Below, piece by piece: positions 46,101 through 59,520 of a stretch of DNA of 64,000 bases. The stretch's first letter is position 1. The number at the start of each line of letters is the position of its first letter. This DNA comes from Eledone cirrhosa. Taxonomy: Eukaryota. The DNA lies in the NCBI GenBank assembly GCA_964016885.1, contig OZ024742.1:71920001-71984000 (forward strand), given 5' to 3'. The notes under the pieces are model-generated. The model ran no database searches. It had not been told where the DNA came from and saw only the letters and a list, made by a program, of their open reading frames with translations. The translations under genes were made by a program, and so were the position numbers.

Positions 46101-49100
46101 TCATAACTACAACAATCCAAACCACACTATAACAAACTACACCATTCTACATCACACCATGCTTTTGATCTCAGTTTGAAAAATTTTCTTCCTGTTTCTT
46201 TTTTTTTTTTTTGTGTGTGTTCTTACCACCCAATCTGACATCAAAGGTGCTGCAATTGACTATTTTTCGCACATATTATAAATAATTATGACATGTAAAA
46301 CTGTCGAAAATGACTAGATTTGTAGAAAAAAGAGGGAGGATGTGGGTGGAAATACCATTTACAAAGCTAGTCATTTTTGATTGCAGCGGAAGTCATTTTT
46401 TGTTAATATGCTAAAAGCATAGTCCACTGCGAGCATCTTGGAAGTTGTATTAGTTGATAGCACATGCAAAAGTTGAGGAAAAAATTTTTTTCTTACATAA
46501 ATCAAAGTGGAAATTTAATTCCTTACTTATAACAAAGCACACCACATTAATCTACCCCAAACCACAACATATCAAATAGCACCATATTATGGTAAATTTA
46601 TTGCAGAACACCCACTCCTATCATTTAGATCACACCATGGTATGGACATCAATGTGACAAATTTGCTACCTGCTTTTTTTTTTTTTTTTTGTGGTTACCA
46701 CCCAAACTAACATCAAAGGTGCTTACAAATGACTATTTTCCAACATTATCAATGAATATGACATGGGAATCTATCGTTTAGAATTGGTTTCCATTTCATA
46801 ACTTCACCAAACCAAACCACACCATACCAAGTTACACCATACTACATCGCATCAAGCTATTGATCTTGGTGTGAAACATTTTTTTCCAGTTTCCTTTTTT
46901 TTTTCTGTGTGTGTGTGTGTGCTTACCACCCAATCTGATATCAAAGGTGCTCACAAATGACTATTTTTTTACACATTATCAATGTATATAACATGGAAAC
47001 CTCTCATTTGCAATAGGTTCCCATGTCATAACTACAACAATCCAAACCACACTATAACAAACTACACCATTCTACATCACACCATGCTTTTGATCTCAGT
47101 TTGAAAAATTTTCTTCCTGTTTCTTTTTTTTTTTTGTGCGTGTTCTTACCACCCAATCTGACATCAAAGGTGCTGCAATTGACTATTTTTCGCACATATT
47201 ATCAATAATTATGACATGGAAAACTGTCGAAAATGACTAGCTTTGTAGAAAAAAGAGGGAGGATGTGGGTGGAAATACCATTTACAAAGCTAGTCATTTT
47301 TGATTGCAGTGGAAGTCATTTTTTGTTAATATGCTAAAAGCATAGTCCACTGCGAGCATCTTGGAAGTTGTATTAGTTGATAGCACATTCAAAAATGAAG
47401 GAAAAAATTTTTTTCTTACATAAATCAAAGTGTAAATTTAATTCCTTACTTATAACAAAGCACACCACACCACATTAATCTACCCCAAACCACACCATAT
47501 CAAACAGCACCATATTATGGTAAATTTATTACAGAACACCCACTCCTATCATTTAGATCACACCATGGTATGGACATCAATGTGACAAATTTGCTACCTG
47601 CTTTTTTTTTTTTTTTGTGGTTACCACCCAAACTAACATCAAAGGTGCTTGCAAATGACTATTTTCCAACATTATCAATGAATATGACATGGGAATCTAT
47701 CGTTTAGAATTGGTTTCCATTTCATAACTTCACCAAACCAAACCACACCATACCAAGTTACACCATACTACATCGCATCAAGCTATTGATCTTGGTGTGA
47801 AACATTTTTTTCCAGTTTCCTTTTTTTTTTCTGTGTGTGTGTGTGTGCTTACCACCCAATCTGATATCAAAGGTGCTCACAAATGACTATTTTTGTACAC
47901 ATTATCAATGTATATAACATGGAAACCTCTCATTTGCAATAGGTTCCCATGTCATAACTACAACAATCCAAACCACACTATAACAAACTACACCATTCTA
48001 CATCACACCATGCTTTTGATCTCAGTTTGAAACATTTTCTTCCTGTTTCTTTTTTTTTTTTTTGTGTGTGTTCTTACCACCCAATCTGACATCAAAGGTG
48101 CTGCAATTGACTATTTTTCGCACATATTATAAATAATTATGACATTGAAAACTGTCGAAAATGACTAGCTTTGTAGAAAAAAGAGGGAGGATGTGGGTGG
48201 AAATACCATTTACAAAGCTAGTCATTTTTGATTGCAGTGGAAGTCATTTTTTGTTAATATGCTAAAAGCATAGTCCACTGCGAGCATCTTGGAAGTTGTA
48301 TTAGTTGATAGCACATTCAAAAATGAAGGAAAACATTTTTTTCTTACATAAATCAAAGTGGAAATTTAATTACTTACTTATAACAAAGCACACCACACCA
48401 CATTAATCTACCCCAAACCACACCATATCAAACAGCACCATATTATGGTAAATTTATTACAGAACACCCACTCCTATCATTTAGATCACACCATGGTATG
48501 GACATCAATGTGACAAATTTGCTACCTGCTTTTTTTTTTTTTGTGGTTACCACCCAAACTAACATCAAAGGTGCTTGCAAATGACTATTTTCCAACATTA
48601 TCAATGAATATGACATGGGAATCTATCGTTTAGAATTGGTTTCCATTTCATAACTTCACCAAACCAAACCACACCATACCAAGTTACACCATACTACATC
48701 GCATCAAGCTATTGATCTTGGTGTGAAACATTTTTTTCCAGTTTCCTTTTTTTTTTCTGTGTGTGTGTGTGCTTACCACCCAATCTGATATCAAAGGTGC
48801 TCACAAATGACTATTTTTGTACACATTATCAATGTATATAACATGGAAACCTCTCATTTGCAATAGGTTCCCATGTCATAACTACAACAATCCAAACCAC
48901 ACTATAACAAACTACACCATTCTACATCACACCATGCTTTTGATCTCAGTTTGAAACATTTTCTTCCTGTTTCTTTTTTTTTTTTTTGTGTGTGTTCTTA
49001 CCACCCAATCTGACATCAAAGGTGCTGCAATTGACTATTTTTCGCACATATTATAAATAATTATGACATGGAAAACTGTCGAAAATGACTAGATTTGTAG

Positions 49101-52100
49101 AAAAAAGAGGGAGGATGTGGGTGGAAATACCATTTACAAAGCTAGTCATTTTTGATTGCAGTGGAAGTCATTTTTTGTTAATATGCTAAAAGCATAGTCC
49201 ACTGCTAGCATCTTGGAAGTTGTATTAGTTGATAGCACATGCAAAAGTGAAGGAAAAAATTTTTTTCTTACATAAATCAAAGTGGAAATTTAATTCCTTA
49301 CTTACAACAAAGCACACCACATTAATCTACCCCAAACCACACCATATCAAATAGCACCATATTATGGTAAATTTATTGCAGACACCCACTCCTATCATTT
49401 ACATCACACCATGGTATGGACATCAATGTGACAAATTTGCTACCTGCGTTTTTTTTTTTTTTTGTGGTTACCACCCAAACTAACATCAAAGGTGCTTGCA
49501 AATGACTATTTTCCAACATTATCAATGAATATGACATGGGAATCTATCGTTTAGAATTGGTTTCCATTTCATAACTTCACCAAACCAAACCACACCATAC
49601 CAAGTTACACCATACTACATCGCACCAAGCTATTGATCTTGGTGTGAAACATTTATTTCTCGTCTCCTTTTTTTTTTCTGTGTGTGTGTGTGCTTACCAC
49701 CCAATCTGATCAAAGGTGCTCACAAATGACTATTTTTGTACACATTATCAATGTATACAACATGGAAACCTCTCATTTGTAATAGGTTCCCATGTCATAA
49801 CTACAACAATCCAAACTACACCATTCTACATCGCACCATGCTTTTGATCTCAGTGGGAAAAATTTTCTTCCTGTTTCTTTTTTTTTTTTTTGTGTGTGTA
49901 CTTACCACCCAATCTGACATCAAAGGTGCTGCAATTGACTATTTTTCGCACATATCAATAATTATGACATGGAAAACTGTCGAAAATGACTAGCTTTGTA
50001 GAAAAAAGAGGGAGGATGTGGGTGGAAATACCATTTACAAAGCTAGTCATTTTTGATTGCAGTGGAAGTCATTTTTTGTTAATATGCTAAAATCATAGTC
50101 CACTGCAAGCATCTTGGAAGTTGTATTAGTTGATAGCACATGCAAAAGTGAATGAAAAAATTTTTTTCTTACATAAATCAAAGTGGAAATTTAATTCCTT
50201 ACTTATAACAAAGCACACCACACCACATTAATCTACCCCAAACCACACCATATCAAACAGCACCATATTATGGTAAATTTATTGCAGAACACCCACTCCT
50301 ATCATTTACATCACACCATGGTATGGACATCAATGTGACAAATTTGCTACCTGCTTTTTTTTTTTTTTCTGTGGTTACCACCCAAACTAACATCAAAGGT
50401 GCTTACAAATGACTATTTTTCAACATTATCAATGAATATGACATGGGAATCTATCGTTTAGAATTGGTTTCCATTTCATAACTTCACCAAACCAAACCAC
50501 ACCATACCAAGTTACACCATACTACATCGCATCAAGCTATTGATCTTGGTGTGAAACATTTTTTTCCAGTTTCCTTTTTTTTTTCTGTGTGTGTGCTTAC
50601 CACCCAATCTGATATCAAAGGTGCTCATAAATGACTATTTTTGTACACATTATCAATGTATATAACATGGAAACCTCTCATTTGCAATAGGTTCCCATGT
50701 CATAACTACAACAATCCAAACCACACTATAACAAACTACACCATTCTACATCACACCATGCTTTTGATCTCAGTTTGAAAAATTTTCTTCCTGTTTCTTT
50801 TTTTTTTTTTTTGTGTGTTCTTACCACCCAATCTGACATCAAAGGTGCGACTATTTTTCGCACATATCAATAATTATGACATGGAAAACTGTCGAAAATG
50901 ACTAGCTTTGTAGAAAAAAGAGGGAGGATGTGGGTGGAAATACCATTTACAAAGCTAGTCATTTTTGATTGCAGCGGAAGTCATTTTTTGTTAATATGCT
51001 AAAAGCATAGTCCACTGCGAGCATCTTGGAAGTTGTATTAGTTGATAGCACATGCAAAAGTGAAGGAAAAAATTTTTTTCTTACATAAATCAAAGTGTAA
51101 ATTTAATTCCTTACTTATAACAAAGGACACCACACCACATTAATCTACCCCAAACCACACCATATCAAACAGCACCATATTATGGTAAATTTATTGCAGA
51201 ACACCCACTCCTATCATTTACATCACACCATGGTATGGACATCAATGTGACAAATTTGCTACCTGCTTTTTTTTTTTTTTTTTGTGGTTACCACCCAAAC
51301 TAACATCAAAGGTGCTTGCAAATGACTATTTTCCAACATTATCAATGAATATGACATGGGAATCTATCATTTAGAATTGGTTTCCATTTCATAACTTCAC
51401 CAAACCAAACCACACCATACCTAGTTACACCATACTACATCGCATCAAGCTATTGATCTTGGTGTGAAACATTTTTTTCCAGTTTCCTTTTTTTTTCCTG
51501 TGTGTGTGTGTGTGTGTGCTTACCACCCAATCTGATCAAAGGTGCTCACAATATTTTTGTACACATTATCAATGTATATAACATGGAAACCTCTCATTTG
51601 TAATAGGTTCCCATGTCATAACTACAACAATCCAAACTACACCATTCTACATCACACCATGCTTTTGATCTCAGTGGGAAAAATTTTCTTCCCGTTTCTT
51701 TTTTTTTTTTTTTTGTGTGTGTTCTTACCACCCAATCTGACATCAAAGGTGCTGCAATTGACTATTTTTCGCACATCTCAATAATTATGACATGGAAACC
51801 TGTCGAAAATGACTAGATTTGTAGAAAAAAGAGGGAGGATGTGGGTGGAAATACCATTTACAAAGCTAGTCATTTATTATTGCAGCGGAAGTCATATTTT
51901 TTGTTAATATGCTAAAAGCATAGTCTACTGCGAGCTTCTTGCAAGTTGATAGCACATGCAAAAATGAATGAAAAATTTTTTTTATAACATAAATCAAAGT
52001 GGAAATTTAAATCCTCACTTGTAACACAGCACACCACAGCACACTAATCTACCCCAATCTACACCAAAACCATACTTCACTATATGGTAAATTTATTACA

Positions 52101-52250
52101 AACACCTATTCCTACCATTTACATCACACCATGGTACGGACATCAATGTGACAAATTTGCTACCTGCTTTTCTTTTTTTTTTTGTGGTTACCACCTCAAA
52201 CTAACATCAAATGTGCATACATATGACTATTTTTTTTCCACTTATACATA
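43130..52250. repeat. Satellite with ~920-bp unit, about 10 copies, degenerate edges reaching about 42330 and 53040
   Basis: Anchor AAATGACTAG..GTAGAAAAAAGAGGGAGG at 43551, 44480, 45394, 46308, 47231, 48159, 49083, 49984, 50896 and 51807. Confidence 0.97.
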
Positions 52251-53149
52251 ATTATGACATGGAAACCTGTCGAAAATGACTATCTTTGTAGAAACTTCAC
52301 CAAACTACACCATACTACATCACACCAAGCTATTGATTTTGGTGTGACAAATTTTCATCCGGCAATTTTTAAAATTTTTTTTAATTTTTTTATTGTGCTT
52401 ACCACCCAACTTGACATAAATGGTGATCGCAAATTACTATTTTATGCACATATTATCAATGGTTATGACATGGAACCCTGATGAAAATGACTAGCTTTGT
52501 AGAAAAAAGAGGGAGGATGTGGGTGGAAATACCATTTACAAAGCTCGTCATTTTTTATTGCAGCGGAAGTCATATTTTTTGTTAATATGCTAAAAGCATA
52601 GTCCACTGCGAGCATCTTGGAAGTTGATAGCACATGCGAAAATGAATGAAACATTTTTTTTCTAACATAAATCCTCACTTATAACAAAGTACACCACAGC
52701 ACATTAATCTACCCCAATCCACATCATAACCATACTTCACTATATGGTAAATTTATTACAGAACACCTACTCCTACCATTTATATCACACCAATGCTCGC
52801 AGTTGACTATTTTTTTCACATATTATGAATGAATATAACTTTGAAACCTATCGTCAATCATTAGCTTTGTAGAAAAATGAAGGCAGAAAGTGGGTGGAAA
52901 AACCATTCACAAAGCTAGTCATTTTTAATTGCAGTGAAAATCATATTTGTTGTTAATATGCTAAAAAAATAGTCAATTGCAAACATTTTGGAGGTCGGAT
53001 TAGTTGATAGGACATAAAAAAACAAAGGAAAACAAATATTGTCTATATGTTCCTGTGGAAAGTCGGGTCTTCTGTATTACTGTGTGACGCCAGAGGTCAT
53101 GGTCGTGTGTCATTGCTGTTGAGAGGTGCAATTGGGAGAGGTCGGCTTA

Positions 53150-54412
53150 GAAATATTTACTTCTGCGTTTACAGATTGATTTTTTTTTTTTAGTGTCAGA
53201 AGATCCCATTAAGGGTGAAAGCAGCCGATTCTTTGCTTAAACTTTAATCTGTTATTTTAATAAATATTTGCTCTACGGTTCTTATATATTTGATATATAT
53301 TTATCCTTATCGAGCCCTCTTTGGATGTGAGTCTTCAAATTTATTATTATTACTATTTGGCTCCCTTGACTTATATTCATCATGCAGAAACATCTGAATA
53401 TTTCTACAAAGAACATACCTGTACCAAGCAGGAAGAAATACCTAAAACTACATCTCCACGAACCAAAGTATCGTCTTCCTGTCTTCCTTTGGTTGCAACG
53501 ATTTTTGAAATATTCACAGATTGATTTTTTTTTTTTTTTTTTTTTTTTAGTGTCAGAAGATCCCATTAAGGGTGAAAGCAGCCGATTCTTTGCTTAAACT
53601 TTAATCTGTTATTTTAATAAATATTTGTTCTACGGTTCTTATATATTTGATATATATTTATCCTTATCGAGCCCTCTTTGGATGTTAGTCTTCAAATTTA
53701 TTATTATTACTATTTGGCTCCCTTGTTTATATTCATCATGCAGAAACATCTGAATATTTCTACAAAGAACATACCTGTACCAAGCAGGAAGAAATACCTA
53801 AAACTACATCTCCACGAACCAAAGTATCGTCTTCCTGTCTTCCTTTGGTTGCAACGATTTTTGAAATATTCAGATTGATTTTTTTTTTTTTTTTTTTTTT
53901 CTAGTGTCAGAAGATCCCATTAAGGGTGAAAGCAGCCGATTCTTTGCTTAAACTTTAATCTGTTATTTTAATAAATATTTGCTCTACGGTTCTTATATAT
54001 TTGATATATATTTATCCTTATCGAGCCCTCTTTGGATGTTAGTCTTCAAATTTATTATTATTACTATTTGGCTCCCTTGGTTTATATTTATCATGCAGAA
54101 ACATCTGAATATTTCTACAAAGAACATACCCGTACCAAGCAGGAAGAAATACCTAAAACTACGTCTCCACGAACCAAAGTATCGTCTTCCTTTGGTTGCA
54201 ACGATTTTTGAAATATTTACTTCTGCATTCACAGATTGATTTTTTTTTTTTTTAGTTTCATAAGATCCCATTAAGGGTGAAAGCAGCCGATTCTTTGCTT
54301 AAACTTTAATCTGTTATTTTAATAAATATTTGCTCTACAGTTCTTATATAATTGATATATATTTATCCCTATCGAGCCCTCTTTGGATTTTAGTCTTCAT
54401 ATATATTATTAT

Positions 54413-54415
<3 letters not shown>
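53150..54415. repeat. Tandem repeat with ~355-bp unit, about 3.5 copies
   Basis: Anchor GATCCCATTAAGGGTG at about 53202, 53559, 53913 and 54264. Confidence 0.95.
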
Positions 54416-54469
<54 letters not shown>

Positions 54470-54472
<3 letters not shown>

Positions 54473-54835
54473 AGAGCATTGGCCTTGCAATCGAAAGGTT
54501 GTGAGTTCAATTCTCTCACCGGGTGATGTGTTGTTTCCTTGAGCAAGACACTTTATTTCACATTGCTCCAGTTTACTCAGCTGTAGAAATGAGATGATAG
54601 GACTGGGGTCCCTATCATTCCACTGCAAAATGGTCGTGGAGGTGCCACAGCAAAAAAGCACCCAGCCCACACTGTAAAGTGGATGTGGAGGTGCCACGGG
54701 AAAAAAACACCCACCACTCACTGTAAATGAGGTTGGTGTTAGGAAGGGCATCCAGCTGTAGAAATCAAGCCAGAATCAGTTCCTGTCCCACCCTTGCAAG
54801 CAGGGAAAAATTGGACGTAAAATGAAATGATGATG
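54470..54835 (+). mobile_element. tRNA/CORE-like SINE of the 42733 family
   Basis: Highly similar to 42755-43060. Confidence 0.85.
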
Positions 54836-54837
54836 AA

Positions 54838-55150
54838 TGCTCCCAGCTGTGGTCACCCTATAGTATCAAACTAACCATGGAGCTTGAAGCAATCCAATGA
54901 AGCTACACCAAGAAGGTTGCCACGATGAAGGAGATAAACTACTGGGAGAGTCTAAAAGAACTGAAACTCTAATCCTCGGAATGAAGACGGGATAGATATG
55001 CAATGATATACATATGGAAAATCCTGGGGGCATTGAGAGCTGGACCAATTCTCAAACAGGACGTCACTGTGTGGTACCAAAGGTCCCGTCTTCTACATCT
55101 AGAATCAGGAGCAGCTATTGCAATAGCCTGGGGTTCGGCCCTCAACTTGG
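54838..55150 (+). mobile_element. CR1-group LINE 3' fragment
   Basis: SQLWSP..LEAIQ*SYTKK and YAMIYIWKILG motifs; homologous to 58250-58578 in the opposite orientation. Confidence 0.7.
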
Positions 55151-55221
55151 TTTTCAAAATTTAAATTTGTGTTTCCTATTCATCAATGCTTCAAGCAAGC
55201 TATAAAACTCTGTTATATTTC

Positions 55222-55560
55222 ATCATCATCATTTTATGTCAGTTCTTCTACGCTAGCATGGGTTGTCCGGTCGGCTGACCTTGTCTTGCTCATATGGGAA
55301 CTGATTCTGTCTTGATTTCTACAGCTGGATGCCCTTCCTAACACCAACCTCATTTACAGTGAGTGCTGGGTGTTTTTTTTTGCAGTGGAATGATAGGTAC
55401 CCCAGTCCTATCATCTCATCTCATTTCTACAGCTGAGTAAACTAGAGCAATGTGAAATAAAGTGTCTTGCTCAAGGAAACAACACATCACCCGGTCCGAG
55501 GATTAAACTCACAACCTTTCAATTGCAAGCCCAATGCTCTAATCGCTGAGCCATGTGCCT
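55222..55560 (-). mobile_element. tRNA/CORE-like SINE of the 42733 family, inverted
   Basis: Reverse complement runs from head GAAGGCACATGGCTCAGCG to the GATGATG tail. Confidence 0.85.
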
Positions 55561-55579
55561 TCTATTGTTGGCAATGTTA

Positions 55580-56490
55580 GGTCAGGTGACCATGTCTTGC
55601 TCATAAAGAACTGATTTTGGCTTGGTTTCTACAGCTGGATGCCCTTCCTAATGCCAAGCTCATTTACAGTGAGTACTGGGTGTTTTTTGTTGTGATTCCT
55701 CCACGACTACTTTACAGTGTGGACTGGGTGTTTTTTACCGTGTCACCATCACGACCACTTTACAGTGTTTCGGCCTGTTCTCATGAAAGATATATTGGCA
55801 GGTGGGATGGAGTGGTGCATACTGTATGTATGTTTCAGCCTTGGCCTGGGCCCGTGGGAAGTTGGGGTTTCTGTATTACCTCATAACGCCAGAGATCTTG
55901 GTCCTGTGTCATTGCCTTTCAGAGGTGCAATTTGGCAAGGTCGGCTTTTATCACTTCATCTCAAGTCTTTCTGGGACTTTATGTAGCTGTCATCCTTCAT
56001 ACGAATCACATGTCCATACCAACATAATCTCCTCTCCTGCACACAACATTTGATTCCTCTTATGCCTAGTTTCTCTTTCAGTTTGTTTATGCTTTGCTGT
56101 TCGCGTATATTACTATAACACATCCATCGGAGCATACAAGCTTCATTCCTTTCTAATCTACGCAAGTCTTCTACACACAGCGCCCAGCTCTCACTACCAT
56201 GCAACATTGCTGTTCATATGCACACATCATACAGTCTACCTTTTATTCTGAGGGAAAAGCCTTTTGTATCCAGCTGTGGCAGTAGCTCCCTCAACTTCTT
56301 CCATCCCGTTCTTTCAGAACACCCCCCCTCCACTGCTAATTCGGTATTGTTTTTACCAAGTCCTCCCAGACTTTGATGTCACTTGTTTTCAGTGATAGTT
56401 TGCTGCTTACTGTCACATGTAAAGCCTACATTCTTAACTAAACTTCCTGAGATCCCACTATATCTCTTGTGTACCCATAGTTTGCATATG
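55580..56490 (-). mobile_element. SINE-tail/RTE 3' composite relic
   Basis: ORF 55956-56207 MLHGSESWAL..LERNEACMLRWMC..VQERRLCWYGHVIRM. Confidence 0.75.
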
Positions 56491-56537
56491 GGGAAGAGGA
56501 TGAGACACACACACACACACACTCATATATATATATA

Positions 56538-57518
56538 CTAGCCGAATTACCAGCGCCTTGCTGCGTTTCACACATTTTTTTGTAAGAAAATGATGATTGA
56601 TTTTAAATCAGTGATATAATTTATGGAGAAAAACTCAATATTACTCAATGTAAAATATAATGCATGAAAAATTGGAAAACATCATTTTTTGTAATATATC
56701 AAATCAAAATTGCATTATTAAATCTTATTCTTATTTTGTTTCTTGTAAATAATTTTTTCAAAATATCAATTGAAAACTTTTGTAAATAGGCATCATATCT
56801 TGTCATTTACCTATGGTTTAAGTTTCATATAAATCGAAAGGGAAAAGTTTTCAGCGGGGGTTTGTACTCCCGGGGAACCCTTATAGGGGGTTTAACGACC
56901 ATTAAGGTGTCTTATAGTATTGAAATTTTGTGAATAGGCATCATATCTCTTCATTTATCTATGGTTTAAATTGCATATAAATAGAACCGAAAAAATTTTC
57001 AGCGGGGATTTGGTGAACCCTAATAGGGGGTTTAACCCCCATTAGGGTATTGTAATTTTATTGAAATTTGCTGAAATGATGTGAATAGGCATCATATCTT
57101 GTTTGCCTATGGTTTAAATTGCATATAAATCGAAGGGAAAACATTTTCAGCAGGGGTTTGTGCCACAGGTGAACCCTAATAGGGGGTTTAACCCCCATTA
57201 GGGTATTTTAATTTTATTGAAATTTGCTGAAATTTTGTGAATAGGCATCATATCTTGTCATTTACCTATGGTTTAAATTTCATATAAATCGAAGGTAAAG
57301 TTTCAGCGGCGGTTTTGTGCCCCCGATGAACCCTTTGATTAAAATGAAATATACTTATACAAGTACCCTTGGCAATGTAGTTTCAGAATATATATGGTTA
57401 TTGGGGTCTATCTCCAAAACCATAGGAGGAGTTCGTAAAATCTTGTTCCATTTATTGGCCAAACTTTTCACTATAGGGAGTTTAACCCCCATTAGGGTGT
57501 CTCAATATTATTGAAATT
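56538..57518 (-). mobile_element. Helitron-like non-autonomous element with four internal ~150-bp tandem repeats
   Basis: Minus-strand 3' end has a CAGC/GCTG hairpin then CTAG|T at 56538-56541; repeats AATAGGCATCATATCT at about 56785, 56933, 57084 and 57240; 5' end not located. Confidence 0.6.
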
Positions 57519-57521
57519 TGT

Positions 57522-57568
<47 letters not shown>

Positions 57569-57639
57569 AACACACACACACACACACATATATCTATATA
57601 CACAAACACACACACACACATATATATCTATATACACAA

Positions 57640-57672
<33 letters not shown>

Positions 57673-57999
57673 CACAAACACACACACACACACATATATA
57701 TACATATACACACATACACAAACACACATATTTATATCTTTTAGCAGAGCATTTTAATATTGCCACTCAATGAAAACCCTTTGTTTGTTTGGAATAAATG
57801 AATCTTGAAAATTAGGAGTGCCTGTCAGTGTGTATGTGTTTGTCTACTTAGCATCAATTTACTACCCTCCCCTACCACCAGAAATGTATAAATACCACCA
57901 TATTACATTGACAGTCGGTTTTTCTGATGATTTCCTCCAAATGAAACAGTTCTAGTCCTGTTGAAGCCATTTCTATATTAAATATATATATATATACTC

Positions 58000-58578
58000 T
58001 TTTAGCTGTTCCAGCCATCCGGCTGAGACCATGATTGGGCACTGCCCTTGTTGCTACACATTCTATCTCCAGCCTGTGTTGGCTGGCCATTGATGTAAAA
58101 GGGAGTTCGTTGCTGCTGCCCTTAGGTTACCTTTGTACCATGATGTGGGCTCATCCGGGATCCTGGATAAAAGGGTGTCGAGAAGTTTCTTGAAAATATC
58201 CACGGCCACACCATGTAGATCTCTCAAATCCCTCGGCAGTTTGTTGAAGAGTTGAGGGCCTTTAAACTCCAGTTTATTGCAATATCTGCTTCTGGTTCTA
58301 GATGTGGAAGACGGGACCTTTGTCACCACAGTGACGTCCTGTTCGGGGGTTGGTCTCGCTCTCAATACCAAAGTTTGGCGCTAGTCCCTCCAGGATTTTC
58401 CATATGTATATCACTGCGTATCTCTCCCGTCTTCGTTTCAAGGAGTAGAGTTTCAGTTCTTTTAGCCTCTCTCAGTAGCTCATCTCCTTCATCGTGCAAT
58501 CCTCTTGGTGTAGCTTCGTTGGATTGTCTCAAGCTCCGTGGTTAGTTTGATACTATGGGGTGACCACAGCTGGGAGCA
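58000..58578 (-). mobile_element. CR1-group LINE 3' end
   Basis: LKLYSLKRRRERYAVIYIWKILEG and FKGPQLFNKLPRDLRDL..FKKLLDTLLSRIPDEP. Confidence 0.8.
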
Positions 58579-58869
58579 ATAGTCCAGGCGGCTTAGGACA
58601 AATGGCCTTCATAGTATCAACATGGTCTCCTGGTCTCTTATATAGAAAACCTCAAGTAAAAAGTCAAGATTTGTTTCGATTTAACAGAGCAGGAAGAATT
58701 CGCGTCAGAATATTCCAACCAATCCAGCCTATATCAGCTGAATAAATATGTATATGGAGATATATATATACACACCCACATGCACATATATATATATATA
58801 TATACACACACGCACGCACACACACATATATATACACACACACACATACATACACGCATGCATGCATAC

Positions 58870-59497
58870 ATGATGGCTGCCCCCTCGTTATCGAGTATGG
58901 CCATTGCACGATATACCATTATTAATAATTATTAATTAATTCTATCGTGCAATGCCTGTGCATGAAGATATTTTTTTAAATGGGGAAAGACTGTGCACTG
59001 AGCCAATCCCACTCTCTGAGCGACAGTAGCTATAACCTGAAAAGAAGAAAAGATCAACATCATAGGTAACTACTAAGTCGCAGGTTTTATATCGGAGTTA
59101 TCCCAGTTTCCTGAGTTGCCTTCTCCTAGAAGAATGCCCTGACAAAGGCTAGGGGTCCTTCACTCCCAGTGGTTTAACCGCACGATCGGGTGTCCAGCCC
59201 GATTATTTCTATGTCCCTGCGCATGTACATACACATGCACCCATGTATATACACATATACATATACATACATATGTACATGTGTATATACATATTTACAC
59301 ACTTTTAGATGGCCGTTGACTCTTATGAGATCTTCCGCCCTTTGTCAGGTTTTGTCTTTTGTCCTGCAGGGTGTCCAAAATCACCCTCCTCATCAAGTAA
59401 ACTTGGTGGGGTTGCCAGTTTAGTTGCTGACGACCCGACAATGCGACAGGTTGTACTGGGTTACATGTTACCAATAGCACTCAAGAGTGACCCGACA
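58870..59497 (-). mobile_element. Bipartite RTE derivative, homolog of 33330-33938, interrupted by a microsatellite
   Basis: Shared 5' and 3' segments in reverse orientation. Confidence 0.65.
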
Positions 59498-59520
59498 TAC
59501 ATACATACATACATACTACA

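Noticed and set aside
45146-51784. Recurrent 80-85 aa ORFs in the satellite
   Set aside because: Incidental frames in variant units; useful only as markers of the higher-order repeat
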